Source: a virus. From it: a stretch of 64,000 nucleotides of DNA. Below, in pieces: positions 21,872 through 32,326 of this stretch. The position numbers were made by a program, and so were the translations under genes. The notes under the pieces are model-generated. The model saw nothing but the letters and a program-made list of their open reading frames with translations. It made no database searches and was not told the DNA's origin. Numbering within the stretch: the first letter of the stretch is position 1; each line of letters opens with the position of its first letter. The DNA lies in IMG/VR virus record IMGVR_UViG_2599185261_000001, positions 2,531-66,530 of that record. One strand, written 5' to 3'.

Positions 21872-22063
21872 ATGGAAAAAAAACATGGGCTAGTTGGCAA
21901 ACCAAGCAACAATTCAAAAGATATAACGAAAAAAATGATAAGTATCAGAGTCGATCCTGTTGATTTAGAACGTTGGAAATCGATTGCAGAATCTAATAAT
22001 ATGAAGTTCACTGAATTTTTTGAACAAGCTCTTAATGAAAAGTGTGCGAAATATCACAGTTGA
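21872..22063 (+). CDS. Small putative DNA-binding (RHH/CopG-like) protein
   Basis: GAGG RBS before MEKKHG; KMISIRVDP..LERWK..A......TEF..QAL pattern. Confidence 0.55.
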   Translation: MEKKHGLVGKPSNNSKDITKKMISIRVDPVDLERWKSIAESNNMKFTEFFEQALNEKCAKYHS

Positions 22064-22076
22064 AATTTAAAATGTA

Positions 22077-22105
22077 TTGACATGTTAAATATCAATCATT
22101 ATAAT
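22077..22105 (+). promoter_or_regulatory. Perfect consensus sigma70 promoter
   Basis: TTGACA (22077-22082), 17 bp, TATAAT (22100-22105). Confidence 0.85.
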
Positions 22106-22140
22106 GCCCCCATCAACTAACAAAAGTGGAGCTAACGAAA

Positions 22141-22521
22141 ATGAATGTAATGACTAAAGCATGGGAAATCTCTAGAAACGCAGTGGCAAAATTTGGCGGT
22201 AAAGCTAGTGATTATTTTCGTTCAGCTCTAAAAATGGCATGGGGTATTATAAGAGGTGTTACTATGAGTACAGAGCAAAAATTATTAGATTTGGGCTTAG
22301 AATCTTGGAAAGGTAAAAGAATCTACATTAAAGATGACTTCTTTGAAGTAGTTTTCGGATTGAAATTGGATAGATACAAATCAGGACAAATTAAAAAAGC
22401 TTATCTTAATGGCGAAGAAATTTCCAATAATCAAGCTTGGAAATTGTCTCAGCGTGAATATATTTACTTTGATATTGAAAAAAATGTATTTGTTGGTACT
22501 GAAATGAAACCAATTATTTAA
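22141..22521 (+). CDS. Hypothetical moron protein
   Basis: GGAG RBS then MNVMTKAWEISR...FGG...ALKMAW; has its own promoter and terminator. Confidence 0.7.
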   Translation: MNVMTKAWEISRNAVAKFGGKASDYFRSALKMAWGIIRGVTMSTEQKLLDLGLESWKGKRIYIKDDFFEVVFGLKLDRYKSGQIKKAYLNGEEISNNQAWKLSQREYIYFDIEKNVFVGTEMKPII

Positions 22522-22529
22522 TTGTTTTG

Positions 22530-22552
22530 GGGGCATATAGCCCCTTTTTTTT
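22530..22552 (+). terminator. Rho-independent terminator
   Basis: GGGGC-ATATA-GCCCC followed by T8. Confidence 0.75.
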
Positions 22553-22554
22553 AT

Positions 22555-23064
22555 TCAAACCGCCCCATAAAGCGCCTTTAGCTCGTCGGGCGCATTCCAG
22601 CCTAAATACAAAGCCTCAAAGAATAACCAATAGCTCATATCTGGCATTTTTTCTAAATCAGGAAACGTATCTGATTGTGGCCATCTTCTAAACTCATCTC
22701 TAACTTGAATCAGTTCTTCCCTTTCTTCTTCAGTCAACCTATGGTCAGCTATCGTATAATCAATAACAGTCATTCTATCCGTTGCAGATAGAAACGAATC
22801 TCTACATTGACGCGCGATAACTTTTGGGTCTGGTTTCTCTACCTCAACGATTTCAATCTCGCCAAATTCTCCCTCCATTGCTCGCTGATAGATGTCGAAC
22901 GTACTATCATCTGGATTACTGATTGCCCCGAACGGATACATATACTCGCCATCTTGGTAGATGTCTAGCTCTATAAATTTTTTGATGTTAATAGTGCGAG
23001 GGTTATGGTAAGTGACAACGGGCTCTTTGATTTCTTTTTGTTCATCTAAATTTTCATATTGCAT
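22555..23064 (-). CDS. Tail fibre assembly chaperone-like protein
   Basis: Follows the fibre gene; PFGA...D, G.FGEI, R..RD.FL..TD and R..FRRWPQ...FP motifs. Confidence 0.7.
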   Translation of the reverse strand: MQYENLDEQKEIKEPVVTYHNPRTINIKKFIELDIYQDGEYMYPFGAISNPDDSTFDIYQRAMEGEFGEIEIVEVEKPDPKVIARQCRDSFLSATDRMTVIDYTIADHRLTEEEREELIQVRDEFRRWPQSDTFPDLEKMPDMSYWLFFEALYLGWNAPDELKALYGAV

Positions 23065-23110
23065 TGGATATTCCTTTTAAGTTGATGCAAGCAAATTAAT
23101 TTTTATAAAT

Positions 23111-24775
23111 TTAGTTTATTCGCGTCCATGTTTGGACATATAAACCTAAAAAGTAATCGTAGACATCAGATACAAATCTATAAGTTCCTGCTAGGTTCCA
23201 AGAAAGAGTTGTACCTGCTATCGTACAGTTTTTATAATTAGGGTCATCATCCATAGGTGAATCCCACATCCGAGTAACAGATGAACCAACACCATTAAAA
23301 GCACCTGCGTTACCTGTGTGTAAAACTTCATTTTTTGAATAAGTCAGCCTGTTGTCTTCACGGAGTGTTAAATCATGATTATTTTTGCTGTTATATATTA
23401 CTATTCTATCGTAAAACTTAGATGTACCTGCCTCAGCTACTCGCCCTATATAACCGAAATTCTGACCATTAGTATCTCTAAACCATATTTGAGAATTTTG
23501 ACCTGCCATATTAGGCTTGACAATTAAACCACCTCCACCAACTGTCATTAACTTAGTAAAATTTAGCGTTGCATTTTCATGAGCAACTTGAGTCCATTTT
23601 GACCATACGCTTGTTCCGTTTAAAACTCTAAAACTAATTACCTCGCCTACAACGGCAATTTGAGTAATATAAGTGGATTCACCATGTTGCAAAACTAGCA
23701 TTGCCCCACCTGATGAAGTATTCGCCCAATTTTTAGCAGTGCTAGCTATACTATAAAAACCTGCTTTCAATAGTGTGTTTACATCATTCAATGTTGGTGT
23801 CAAGTCATGGGCTAACGCATTGCTTTTCATTGCACCTAAGTTCAGCAATGCCCTAGCTTTATCCTGGACATCATTTAAATCATTTTTAGCTAACAATGCG
23901 CCATCAAGGCTCATTTCTTCAACACCAAGATGATCTTTGATTGCTTGTTTTTCTTCATCACTTAACGCTTCAAATTCTTGAATCAGCAAATCTTTATTAA
24001 ATCCGCTTGTTGCATTTAAAGCAGCTTGTTTAGCTTCTTCAGCACTGACCTTAGATTCAGATGCTGATTGAGCTGAATCATTAGCGCTAGATTGAGCGTT
24101 ATTAGCATGACTGAGAGCGGTATCTTCACTTTGCTTAGCTTGAGTAGCAGATTGACTTGCATTACTTGCGCTAGATGCTGAATCATTAGCAGATTGTAGA
24201 GATTTACTCGCTGATTCTGCTGATTTAGTTGCTGAATCTTTGGATTGTTTAGCAGAATTAGACGCATTTAGTGCGTACTGACTTGCATCACTCGCACTAG
24301 ATTGAGCGTGATTCGCTGAGCTTTCGGCAGCTGTTGCATAATTTGTAACAGTTTGTATTGTTTGGTTTAAGTCTTGAAGATTCACGCTTAGTAGTGAATA
24401 TGGATACATCTCAATTTCAGTACCATCTGGTTTTATAACTGTGAATGGCTCAGTGCCAGAGTACATTTGGTCAAATACTTGCATCTGTTCTTGATAGTGA
24501 GCGAGTGCTTTAGATGCTTTAAGTGCCACATCGCCAAGTGAACCGTAAACGACGCTCATAATCACGTAAGCACTGTTTGTCACATCTTCAAGCGCTAATT
24601 CTTTGATATAGAGTTCAGTATCACTCTTTACTTCTGTTATTTCATAAATGTTGTTGTTGACGATTAAAGGCTGACCTGCTTCAACGTTCGCTAGTTTGTC
24701 CTGCCACTTCGTTCCCATTCCAAGCACTTTATTGGTGCCTTTTTTGAGTGTTACTGTTCCGTTTCTGTACCACAT
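23111..24775 (-). CDS. Tail fibre protein
   Basis: MWYRNGTV...V.G.GT.W N-terminus, Ser/Ala-rich repeats, NDLNDV.DK..A..NLG, knob-like segment (N.L.KAGFY...WSKW). Confidence 0.85.
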   Translation of the reverse strand: MWYRNGTVTLKKGTNKVLGMGTKWQDKLANVEAGQPLIVNNNIYEITEVKSDTELYIKELALEDVTNSAYVIMSVVYGSLGDVALKASKALAHYQEQMQVFDQMYSGTEPFTVIKPDGTEIEMYPYSLLSVNLQDLNQTIQTVTNYATAAESSANHAQSSASDASQYALNASNSAKQSKDSATKSAESASKSLQSANDSASSASNASQSATQAKQSEDTALSHANNAQSSANDSAQSASESKVSAEEAKQAALNATSGFNKDLLIQEFEALSDEEKQAIKDHLGVEEMSLDGALLAKNDLNDVQDKARALLNLGAMKSNALAHDLTPTLNDVNTLLKAGFYSIASTAKNWANTSSGGAMLVLQHGESTYITQIAVVGEVISFRVLNGTSVWSKWTQVAHENATLNFTKLMTVGGGGLIVKPNMAGQNSQIWFRDTNGQNFGYIGRVAEAGTSKFYDRIVIYNSKNNHDLTLREDNRLTYSKNEVLHTGNAGAFNGVGSSVTRMWDSPMDDDPNYKNCTIAGTTLSWNLAGTYRFVSDVYDYFLGLYVQTWTRIN

Positions 24776-24794
24776 TTCCTTTCTCCTAAAATGC

Positions 24795-24818
24795 AAAAAG
24801 CCCTCGAAGTGAGGGCTT
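24795..24818 (-). terminator. Rho-independent terminator upstream of the fibre gene
   Basis: AAGCCCTC/GAGGGCTT stem with a minus-strand U tract. Confidence 0.65.
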
Positions 24819-25539
24819 ATTTAAGATTTGCGTATGTATCGTATTTATCAGTCTCTATATAAAATATTTTCTGTAGAACTGACGGTTTATTTTCGATTGG
24901 TTCGGGAATATTAAAACTTTCAACTATATTTTTTAAAAAAATTTCATTCTGATGAGCCCCTGTAACTACGTGCCAATATGATCTTCCATCGTACAAGTTA
25001 TTATATACAGAAGCGATGACTTGACGGCTGGTAGAAGCAGTTAGAACAGCAACATTATTGGTTAAAATTTTAGAAGCGTCATGCTTATTCTGAATATCAA
25101 TACCGACATCTAAACTTTTAAATTCCAAAGGCATCCAACTCGAATTAAAGACCTCTACATTAAATTTACTATTGCTTTTCTCACCATAAATTGACATGCC
25201 ATATTTGCTTAACGTTTTAGGTTGTTGAGAGAACACATACAAATCAGCACCAAAAGACACTTCTTTTTGAGTAGTTATTAGATTTCTTGGTTTTATAGCA
25301 TTATTAGTCTGCCTTGGTGTGTAAGAGCGATAATCATTTATGTTCGATTCAATTAAAACAGCTGCATTTCTTGATTTTGAACGCATAAAAATCATAACTG
25401 GTAAGTTAGCACCAACCTCTGGCAATGTAATATATTGACCCGGAACAACATCAACTGCGTATTTACCGTGAAAAAAATAAGGTCTTCTGTTTAAAGAAAA
25501 CCATAACCTTTTAGCATTATTTATCTCTATACCAAACAT
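24817..25539 (-). CDS. Tail-tip accessory protein
   Basis: MFGIEI.N and YGMSIY..G...FNS motifs; position after J. Confidence 0.6.
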   Translation of the reverse strand: MFGIEINNAKRLWFSLNRRPYFFHGKYAVDVVPGQYITLPEVGANLPVMIFMRSKSRNAAVLIESNINDYRSYTPRQTNNAIKPRNLITTQKEVSFGADLYVFSQQPKTLSKYGMSIYGEKSNSKFNVEVFNSSWMPLEFKSLDVGIDIQNKHDASKILTNNVAVLTASTSRQVIASVYNNLYDGRSYWHVVTGAHQNEIFLKNIVESFNIPEPIENKPSVLQKIFYIETDKYDTYANLK

Positions 25540-25541
25540 AT

Positions 25542-25835
25542 TTACTCCAAATAGATCATAAATTTATCCCATCGACCGCATACGACTAATACAGAACTAC
25601 CGCTTATATCTATATATGAGCCAGTTTTAGGAGGCTCATCAACAAAGCAAGCTTTCAATGACAACCCCCTTTGAATTTCTATTTGACAAATAAGCTTAAT
25701 TAATCCCTCTTCATAATATTCCCATTTAGCATCTTTATATTTATCTGCCCAACCATAATGTAGAACAAAATTAGGAGATAATTGTGAAACTATATCCCTT
25801 CCATCATCTAGCTTTATTTGTAATCCATATGACAT
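25542..25835 (-). CDS. Small tail-tip accessory protein
   Basis: MSYGLQI...DG N-terminus; directly after J. Confidence 0.6.
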   Translation of the reverse strand: MSYGLQIKLDDGRDIVSQLSPNFVLHYGWADKYKDAKWEYYEEGLIKLICQIEIQRGLSLKACFVDEPPKTGSYIDISGSSVLVVCGRWDKFMIYLE

Positions 25836-25847
25836 AAATAACCCTTC

Positions 25848-28800
25848 TTAAAGTTCACCCATTCGGACACGTAAGACACCTTTCTCATCGAATACATCAA
25901 TTCTATTATTTGTAATGCTTATTCTCCCCCCTAAGCCAGAGCCATTAATTTCAATCTTGCCGCTTTTATCAATTCTCCAACCTGTTTTGCCTGTTACAAA
26001 ATCATTTGATTGAATGAAATCCCCAATTTTAGCGTTAGTGATCGAGCCATCTTGAATAACTGCATTTCTCATAAAGACTTGACCGCCATTGACAAAGAAA
26101 GGGCTAACTTGTGTACCGTTGATTGAATTTAGAATTGAGAAATTATCTGCAAGGAACACTACATTAGCTTGTGTTTTGCCGTTGACCTCTTCAACACCTA
26201 AGCTCATTCCAGCGGCATAAATAACACCATTTGAGCTTATTTTTGCTGAAATAGAGTAAGTTGAAGATAAATTCCCTTTCAAATCAGCTAGAACGTTAGA
26301 TTGAGTATTTAAACTTGCCGACAAACCATCAATATTCGCTTCTAAAATCTGATTTGAATAAGCTTGGGCTTTTTCTAAGTCTACAAGTGCCTCGTTAAAT
26401 GTTACTAATTTAGCAGTCACAATATCATCAAAATTCGCTTGTAATTGTTCAATAGACTTAGCTGTCGCCTCTTTCTCATTGGCGATAACTTGGTAAACTT
26501 GAAGAATATCAGCTAATATTTCATGATCTTGTTCGCTCATTTGAGCTTTAAGGTTTTGTATTGCCTCTGCCATTGCCTCAGATTCAGTTACAACCGTTTT
26601 TTCAACTCGAGTAATTTCGGCTAAAAATTTACCATTCTGCTTCCTCTGACGTTGGATGTCTTCATCATTAGCAGTGGCATTGGAAATAATTGCAAGTGAT
26701 TGTTTAAGTAAATCATCTGCGTGTTGCTCTATTGCGTCAAATTTATCTGAGAATTCGTCATTCAGTTGCTTAAATACATCAGATTCTTTAAGTGCGTCAG
26801 TAACAACTTTTTCAATATCATCAACACTAGTAGATGAAATGCCCTGTATCCAATCAGTCCAATCGCTTTGATTTCCCAATTTGTCTACTAAGCGTGCTTT
26901 GTAGAAGAACATCTGACCAGCACTTAACCCCATTTGCTGATAAGTACCTTGCGGATAAGAAATATCAGCAAGCAATAAAGCTCCCTTGTCACTATCTTGA
27001 GTGTTGTACCAAATCTCGGTTTTTAAGGTATCAGTTGCTTCTGCAGGAAAGTACCAGTTTAACTGGATACCAAAAGTAATAGGATTTGTAGTAAATCCTA
27101 CAGGCATAGGCGGTTTACCTGCTTTACCTGTAATAGTCATTTCATCAGCATAAGACCAGCCTGAACTAATATCAGACGCATTAATAGCTCTTACACGCGC
27201 CTGATAGCGACCTGAGTAGATGCCCTCTATATCGAACGAATTAACACTTGAGCGTAGAGCTGGTATCCAATTGCCATTGTCCTTGCGCCACTCTGATTCA
27301 TAACTGATTGCGCCATCTGTTTTATCCCATTCAACATGAAGTGTGGCAATATTGATACCCTGTTCCACCCTTGATGATGACGTGATTACAACGTTAGCAA
27401 CAGGCTTTTGAATTGATGAGGGTACGACTGAGATTGGTTTAGATTCAATCCTTGCGCCATTGTCGATTCGTGCGTATTTATCAGGATCGTGAGATGTTGC
27501 CGTGATAGCATAAGTACCATCATTGTTATCAGCGATAGAAACCACTCTAAACTGCTGAATTGCCAAATCATCAGCGTCAATACTCCAAACCGATTCTTTC
27601 ATCGGCGCTTCTGAGTAGTCAGCTGAAACCGTTAAGATTTTGTCTTTAACCCCTTGGATAGTGCGTGCTTCTGCTTTACCGCTAGGTAAATTGATGATTA
27701 ATCTATCGCCTACCTTTGCATCAGATTTTCTATCTAAAGTGATGTTGCGACCATTTACAGCACTGATTCGACCACCAAGCACTCGTCCTGATAATTTAGG
27801 GTCCGCAATTCCTATGATGCCGCCTGGTCTTGGGATATTACCGTCAAGCCCAACATTAAAAGAGATGGTTCTATCATTTCGATTTGTCTGAAGTATCCAA
27901 TCTGCCCTGCGTCTGGCTTCGCTTTCCCTTGTGCAGCCAATTGCCGTGATTGATGTTTCTACGTAACCATAACGCCTAACCAAATCAGGGTCAGATACCA
28001 CCGCGACCTCATCTTGGTATTGATTGTCAGGATTAGACCAGGAAACCATCACAGTTGAGTATTTAGTGTTGTGAGCCGCACCGGAGTAATTGAATTTGCC
28101 ATCAACAACATTTGCAGGTGTGTAGATGTAATCAATGTCGGCTGGCATATCAGCAATAGAAGCTAAAATCCCTTTTGACCAGTACGTCATACCTCTAAAA
28201 ATTGCTGCCAAGTCTCTTAGAACTGTGTAAGCTTCTGCTTTTGATTGAATATACACATCACATATGAAACGCGGCTCAGTACCACTTCCACCTCTACCGT
28301 CAGGTACCAATTCATCACAATATTGTGCGATTCTGTACAGTTCCCACTTGTCAATTTGTTCAAGTGAAATACGCTTACCAAGCCCAAAACGTTCATTAGT
28401 TACGATATCAAAGAAAACCCAAGCAGGGTTATTGGTCCATGCCCACTTGAATTGACCATTCCAAAGGCCTGAATATGTGCGAGTTATAGGGTCATAGTTA
28501 TTCGGCACTCTAATCACACGCCCTTTAGGTTTGCAGCTAATCTTAGGGATAGACTGAAACTGCTTAGAGTCAAATTCAACATAGAGCAATGCAGTATTTG
28601 GATAACTCAACTTTGCATCAATAATTTCAGTAATTGCTTGAATATTAGTTTTATCCGCCACTTTTGCAGTACTCGAGTCAGCAGTTAAGCGTCTAACACG
28701 TATCATCCACCCTGTTGTGGCTTTTGGTAGGTTGATTCTATGTGAACGCTCGTAGAGTGATGTTGTTTTGCCGTCAAATGCGGACCTGATAATTTCTTGA

Positions 28801-29270
28801 TAACTTCCACCGTCTGTTGCTACATCGATAGCATATTCAACTCGTGAGCCTGTCACATCTCCGTTATCATGTTGACGTTGTAATGCTTGCACACCAAGTC
28901 TTACTCTAACAGCTGATAATTGAGTGTTGGTTATTGATTTCGCATAGGGATTAGCTGCTTTAAGTTCGGTACCAATTGTTTGTTCATTCTCAACTGCAGG
29001 AAACCCTTGTATGTAATCTTGGTCTTGGGTACCAGTTCTTAACTCCCAAGATACACCCGTAAAATTCATTGTGCCATCAGCATTAGCTAGTGGTGTGCCG
29101 TCCAAGTAAATATCCTGCGCTGTTAATCCACCTGCGATTTCACCCTCGCATAAAGCTATTAGAATTTTAGCCTTAGCGACTGATAAAAGAGAATCAGGGG
29201 ACTCTACAGGCGTATGCTGACTACCGCCACCACCTTTTTTGCCTTTAATCATTAAGTTATTGTTGGTCAT
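25848..29270 (-). CDS. Host-specificity / central tail protein J
   Basis: KGGGG..HTP.E.PD.L.S, EGEI.G, AWTNNPAW, EPRF.C, FN3-like and coiled-coil regions, LRVRMG end. Confidence 0.95.
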   Translation of the reverse strand: MTNNNLMIKGKKGGGGSQHTPVESPDSLLSVAKAKILIALCEGEIAGGLTAQDIYLDGTPLANADGTMNFTGVSWELRTGTQDQDYIQGFPAVENEQTIGTELKAANPYAKSITNTQLSAVRVRLGVQALQRQHDNGDVTGSRVEYAIDVATDGGSYQEIIRSAFDGKTTSLYERSHRINLPKATTGWMIRVRRLTADSSTAKVADKTNIQAITEIIDAKLSYPNTALLYVEFDSKQFQSIPKISCKPKGRVIRVPNNYDPITRTYSGLWNGQFKWAWTNNPAWVFFDIVTNERFGLGKRISLEQIDKWELYRIAQYCDELVPDGRGGSGTEPRFICDVYIQSKAEAYTVLRDLAAIFRGMTYWSKGILASIADMPADIDYIYTPANVVDGKFNYSGAAHNTKYSTVMVSWSNPDNQYQDEVAVVSDPDLVRRYGYVETSITAIGCTRESEARRRADWILQTNRNDRTISFNVGLDGNIPRPGGIIGIADPKLSGRVLGGRISAVNGRNITLDRKSDAKVGDRLIINLPSGKAEARTIQGVKDKILTVSADYSEAPMKESVWSIDADDLAIQQFRVVSIADNNDGTYAITATSHDPDKYARIDNGARIESKPISVVPSSIQKPVANVVITSSSRVEQGINIATLHVEWDKTDGAISYESEWRKDNGNWIPALRSSVNSFDIEGIYSGRYQARVRAINASDISSGWSYADEMTITGKAGKPPMPVGFTTNPITFGIQLNWYFPAEATDTLKTEIWYNTQDSDKGALLLADISYPQGTYQQMGLSAGQMFFYKARLVDKLGNQSDWTDWIQGISSTSVDDIEKVVTDALKESDVFKQLNDEFSDKFDAIEQHADDLLKQSLAIISNATANDEDIQRQRKQNGKFLAEITRVEKTVVTESEAMAEAIQNLKAQMSEQDHEILADILQVYQVIANEKEATAKSIEQLQANFDDIVTAKLVTFNEALVDLEKAQAYSNQILEANIDGLSASLNTQSNVLADLKGNLSSTYSISAKISSNGVIYAAGMSLGVEEVNGKTQANVVFLADNFSILNSINGTQVSPFFVNGGQVFMRNAVIQDGSITNAKIGDFIQSNDFVTGKTGWRIDKSGKIEINGSGLGGRISITNNRIDVFDEKGVLRVRMGEL

Positions 29271-29871
29271 CTGTGTATATCCCTGCTGAAATGATTGCCC
29301 CACCTATTTCTCGGTGACCATAGTACACTGCCACTGGATTGCCTTGTGCCGTAGTATTTACAGAACCACCAAAAGCGTAATTAGGTTTATTTTCTGGCGA
29401 TTCTGATATGCCTAATCCTTTAGGTTGTGGCGATAGCATTTGGACGATGCCGCCTAGTAACATGGCAGCACCCATTAACCCAAATGTGCCTGCTGTGGTA
29501 CCTGCAGCGAACATTCCAGCTGCGCCAAGAACGGTGCCACCAGTCATAATTGCTGCTACACCAAGTAACGCAACCCCTAAAATGGTTTGAAATAGACCAC
29601 CAGATTTATTGCCAATCACTACTGGCACAATTCTTATCTCATTCTGGCCAACGTTATCGTGCATTTCATCAATGCCTATATTCCTCTTAGATTTAAAAAC
29701 AGCAAACGTTAAGCCCATTTTTTTAGAGTCCAACAGAAACTTATCAAAGCCTTGAATTTGCGTTGATAATGCTCGAATTGCTTCTGCAGTAGTTGAAATA
29801 TCTAACTCAAAGATCTTGCCAAATTTCCTGCCAAGTACTCCGCCTAGCCTAATCTTAGTAAGTCTCGCCAT
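29257..29871 (-). CDS. Tail assembly protein I
   Basis: IRLGG.LG.KFG, NTTAQGNPV..YG...IGGA.ISAG. Confidence 0.92.
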   Translation of the reverse strand: MARLTKIRLGGVLGRKFGKIFELDISTTAEAIRALSTQIQGFDKFLLDSKKMGLTFAVFKSKRNIGIDEMHDNVGQNEIRIVPVVIGNKSGGLFQTILGVALLGVAAIMTGGTVLGAAGMFAAGTTAGTFGLMGAAMLLGGIVQMLSPQPKGLGISESPENKPNYAFGGSVNTTAQGNPVAVYYGHREIGGAIISAGIYTDDQQ

Positions 29872-29913
29872 TTCCTTTGCTCCATAAAAAAAGCCCCTGA
29901 TTTCTCAAGGGCT

Positions 29914-30615
29914 CTAAAGTAATGATTTATGTCTAACTATTCGTATCGTTCGGTCTCGATAATAACCGCCATACGGTACCCGTTGGCTCAATTGTCCGTA
30001 CAGATGATGAAGTAACATTCCATTTTCAAGTAATATGCCTGCGTGATTGGCTACATCAGCTTGTACTTGCATGATGATGACATCGCCCACTTGCGGTGTA
30101 TCCACTTCTATGAATCCAGCTTCAGTGAAATTATCTTCGTAACGATTTTCGCCTGCTTCCCACCACCTGTAATCTACTCGATAATCAGGTATTTCAATGC
30201 CGTGCTCTAATTTGTAGTAGTCCATGATTAAACCGTAGCAATCAGAATGACCTAAAACAAATTGACGACCAACTAAGGGTAAAATACCTCTCGGTTGAAT
30301 GGTACCAATATCGCCCTCTGGCCAACTGAATATATGCCACGTTAGATTAGTAGCATCGCACATTGATTTATCTAACTCACTTGGTTGAGTAGTAGCGTCT
30401 GGGTGAGAGTGAACTATTGCGATGATCTCGCCCCAATCTTCCGCATTAGCGTAATCTTCTGGTGATAAGATGAATTGCTCTTTAGGTGATTGTGCTAGGT
30501 TTCGGCATGGTAAGTACTTCTGCACTCGTCCTTTAATTGCTATCACACCGCATGATTCTTTCGGGTATTCGGCCTTGACGTGTCGCCAAATTGATTTTTC
30601 TACTTTTTTTCTCAT
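29914..30615 (-). CDS. Tail assembly protein K (MPN + NlpC/P60)
   Basis: YPKESCG, VHSHPD, DCYGL, NHAGI, LHH. Confidence 0.93.
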   Translation of the reverse strand: MRKKVEKSIWRHVKAEYPKESCGVIAIKGRVQKYLPCRNLAQSPKEQFILSPEDYANAEDWGEIIAIVHSHPDATTQPSELDKSMCDATNLTWHIFSWPEGDIGTIQPRGILPLVGRQFVLGHSDCYGLIMDYYKLEHGIEIPDYRVDYRWWEAGENRYEDNFTEAGFIEVDTPQVGDVIIMQVQADVANHAGILLENGMLLHHLYGQLSQRVPYGGYYRDRTIRIVRHKSLL

Positions 30616-30666
30616 ATTGTACCCAATAAAAAACCCTCTGGAGAGGGTTTGACTAATTTAAACATA

Positions 30667-31541
30667 TCAAATAGGTGTAAATTTGATTTCTTGAGTATCA
30701 AAATCCAAACCCATTCTTTCGAAAGTTACATGCCTTAAGGATTGGTTTTCTTGAAATTTTTCGATGACATACTTAATATAAATTTCAGGTGTATAACATC
30801 CAAAATATATTTTTTTTATTGCGCTATGCCCGTATTTCACTAATCCTTCTTTTTCAAAAACAAACCTGTATTCATCCTCATACAACCAATCAGCTGTTTT
30901 CATAAAATAATTAGATATGAAATAATCAGCAAAACTAGAGTCTACTAGATTTTCACTCTCAATCCTTTTTTCACCACTTTCGATGTAAGAAATTTTCCGG
31001 TGATAAAATAATTTTTCTTCTTGCAGGGAAAGTTCAAACGCCTCAGGATCATACTCTATGCAAATTCCACGATAGTTATCTGTATACCTATCCCAAAGGC
31101 TTAACGACTTATTTGTTAGAGAAACGCAATAAATCCCCCAGCCATTCATATCTCCAATAATTTCATCGGAAATCTGACATGCAATACCATAGAATTGCGC
31201 ATTAAATTTTTCTAAATCATCTCTTTTGGCATTAACAACATCAATATCTTGGTCTTTCAGTAACTCACGCTTTTTCTTATTTAAACGTCCTGGTATTTTG
31301 AGTGTGTTATGAAAACTGAGCGATGAAAAATTCGATATTTCACCAATAAGATACTGATAAAAAAATCAATCATTTTTTGCCTGGTACTTTTAGCAAATGC
31401 TCCTTCTTTGATATCGTTCATCTGATCTACTGTTGATGCGTATATCTGGCTCTTTAGGAGCATATCTAAATTTCTGCATTTCATATCTTTATCAAAATTT
31501 AACTCTCTATACTTAAAATACCTTAACTGTTTTTTATCCAC
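30667..31541 (-). pseudogene. DUF2971-like moron, split by a 1-nt frameshift
   Basis: FKYR, MND..EG, YCVSL...LWDRY...YRGICIEY, K..DW.YEDEYR and IYFG motifs; one extra T in the run at 31359-31365 joins 31281-31541 to 30667-31149 with no stops. Confidence 0.8.
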
Positions 31542-31576
31542 GCAAACACCTTAGCTTATTAAAGTAAAAAATGATA

Positions 31577-32326
31577 TCACCGCCTAATCAAACTAGACGC
31601 AGGAAACCCACCGAAAGGCAACTTGGCATCTTCACCAAACCTCGCCTTACAGTCAGATAATAACCCACCGCACGAATCCTTACTAGGGTCATCAGTCACA
31701 TTTCCTTTCCTGTCGAAATATTTGGTACCCAAGTAATTACAACCATCACCACTGCGGTACTTTCCACAGTTAGCCCAATGGCATTGTGCGTGAATCTGCC
31801 GGTTAGGCAATGATACACCCTGTAAATCAAAAGGCGAGCCAAGAGTAAACTCGACTATCTCATCATTTTCAGCTGATTTCTGATTAATATAGAAGATGTG
31901 AATTCGTTCTTGGCTTGGGTCAGATTGTGGATTACCTTCAGGAAAATTGCGTTCATCTAAAAAGCATTTAAAGGTTTCATGAATTGTTACTTTGGCATTA
32001 AGCATGTCATCAAAACGCAAGCAAAGCGCTGTGATAAGTTGGTCCACATTCATAATGGATAACTTAGGTTCAGCAGATTGGCCATCAGTAGAAGCTTCTA
32101 TACCCTCAATTTGATATGGAAACGGCATGTACTCATTACCCTGCCACCAGATAGACTTAACTGGAAGTTCCTTACCGCTTTGTCTTGCAAGCTCTAATTC
32201 ATCTTGAGTGTAAGTAATTCTCTCATAATGAAAACGCATAATGTCAGCACCAAAAGCTTCACCGTCCACCTCAATCAGCTTAATCCTTGCGTCAGGCTGC
32301 AATAACTGTTCTTGTGCTGAAATCAT
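31577..32326 (-). CDS. Minor tail protein L
   Basis: WQG.EY.P.P, C.W...YR...C.Y, D.C...LS.C..RF, FGGFP. Confidence 0.93.
   Translation of the reverse strand: MISAQEQLLQPDARIKLIEVDGEAFGADIMRFHYERITYTQDELELARQSGKELPVKSIWWQGNEYMPFPYQIEGIEASTDGQSAEPKLSIMNVDQLITALCLRFDDMLNAKVTIHETFKCFLDERNFPEGNPQSDPSQERIHIFYINQKSAENDEIVEFTLGSPFDLQGVSLPNRQIHAQCHWANCGKYRSGDGCNYLGTKYFDRKGNVTDDPSKDSCGGLLSDCKARFGEDAKLPFGGFPASSLIRR

Noticed and set aside
24016..24340. DNA repeat array or separate ORF within the fibre gene
   Set aside because: The repeats are the Ser/Ala-rich coding repeats of the tail fibre; ORF 24016-24267 is an out-of-frame shadow.
20894..25540. Tail-fibre shufflon or invertible segment driven by the recombinase
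   Set aside because: I found no alternative fibre C-termini or flanking inverted crossover sites by eye; very short sites cannot be excluded.
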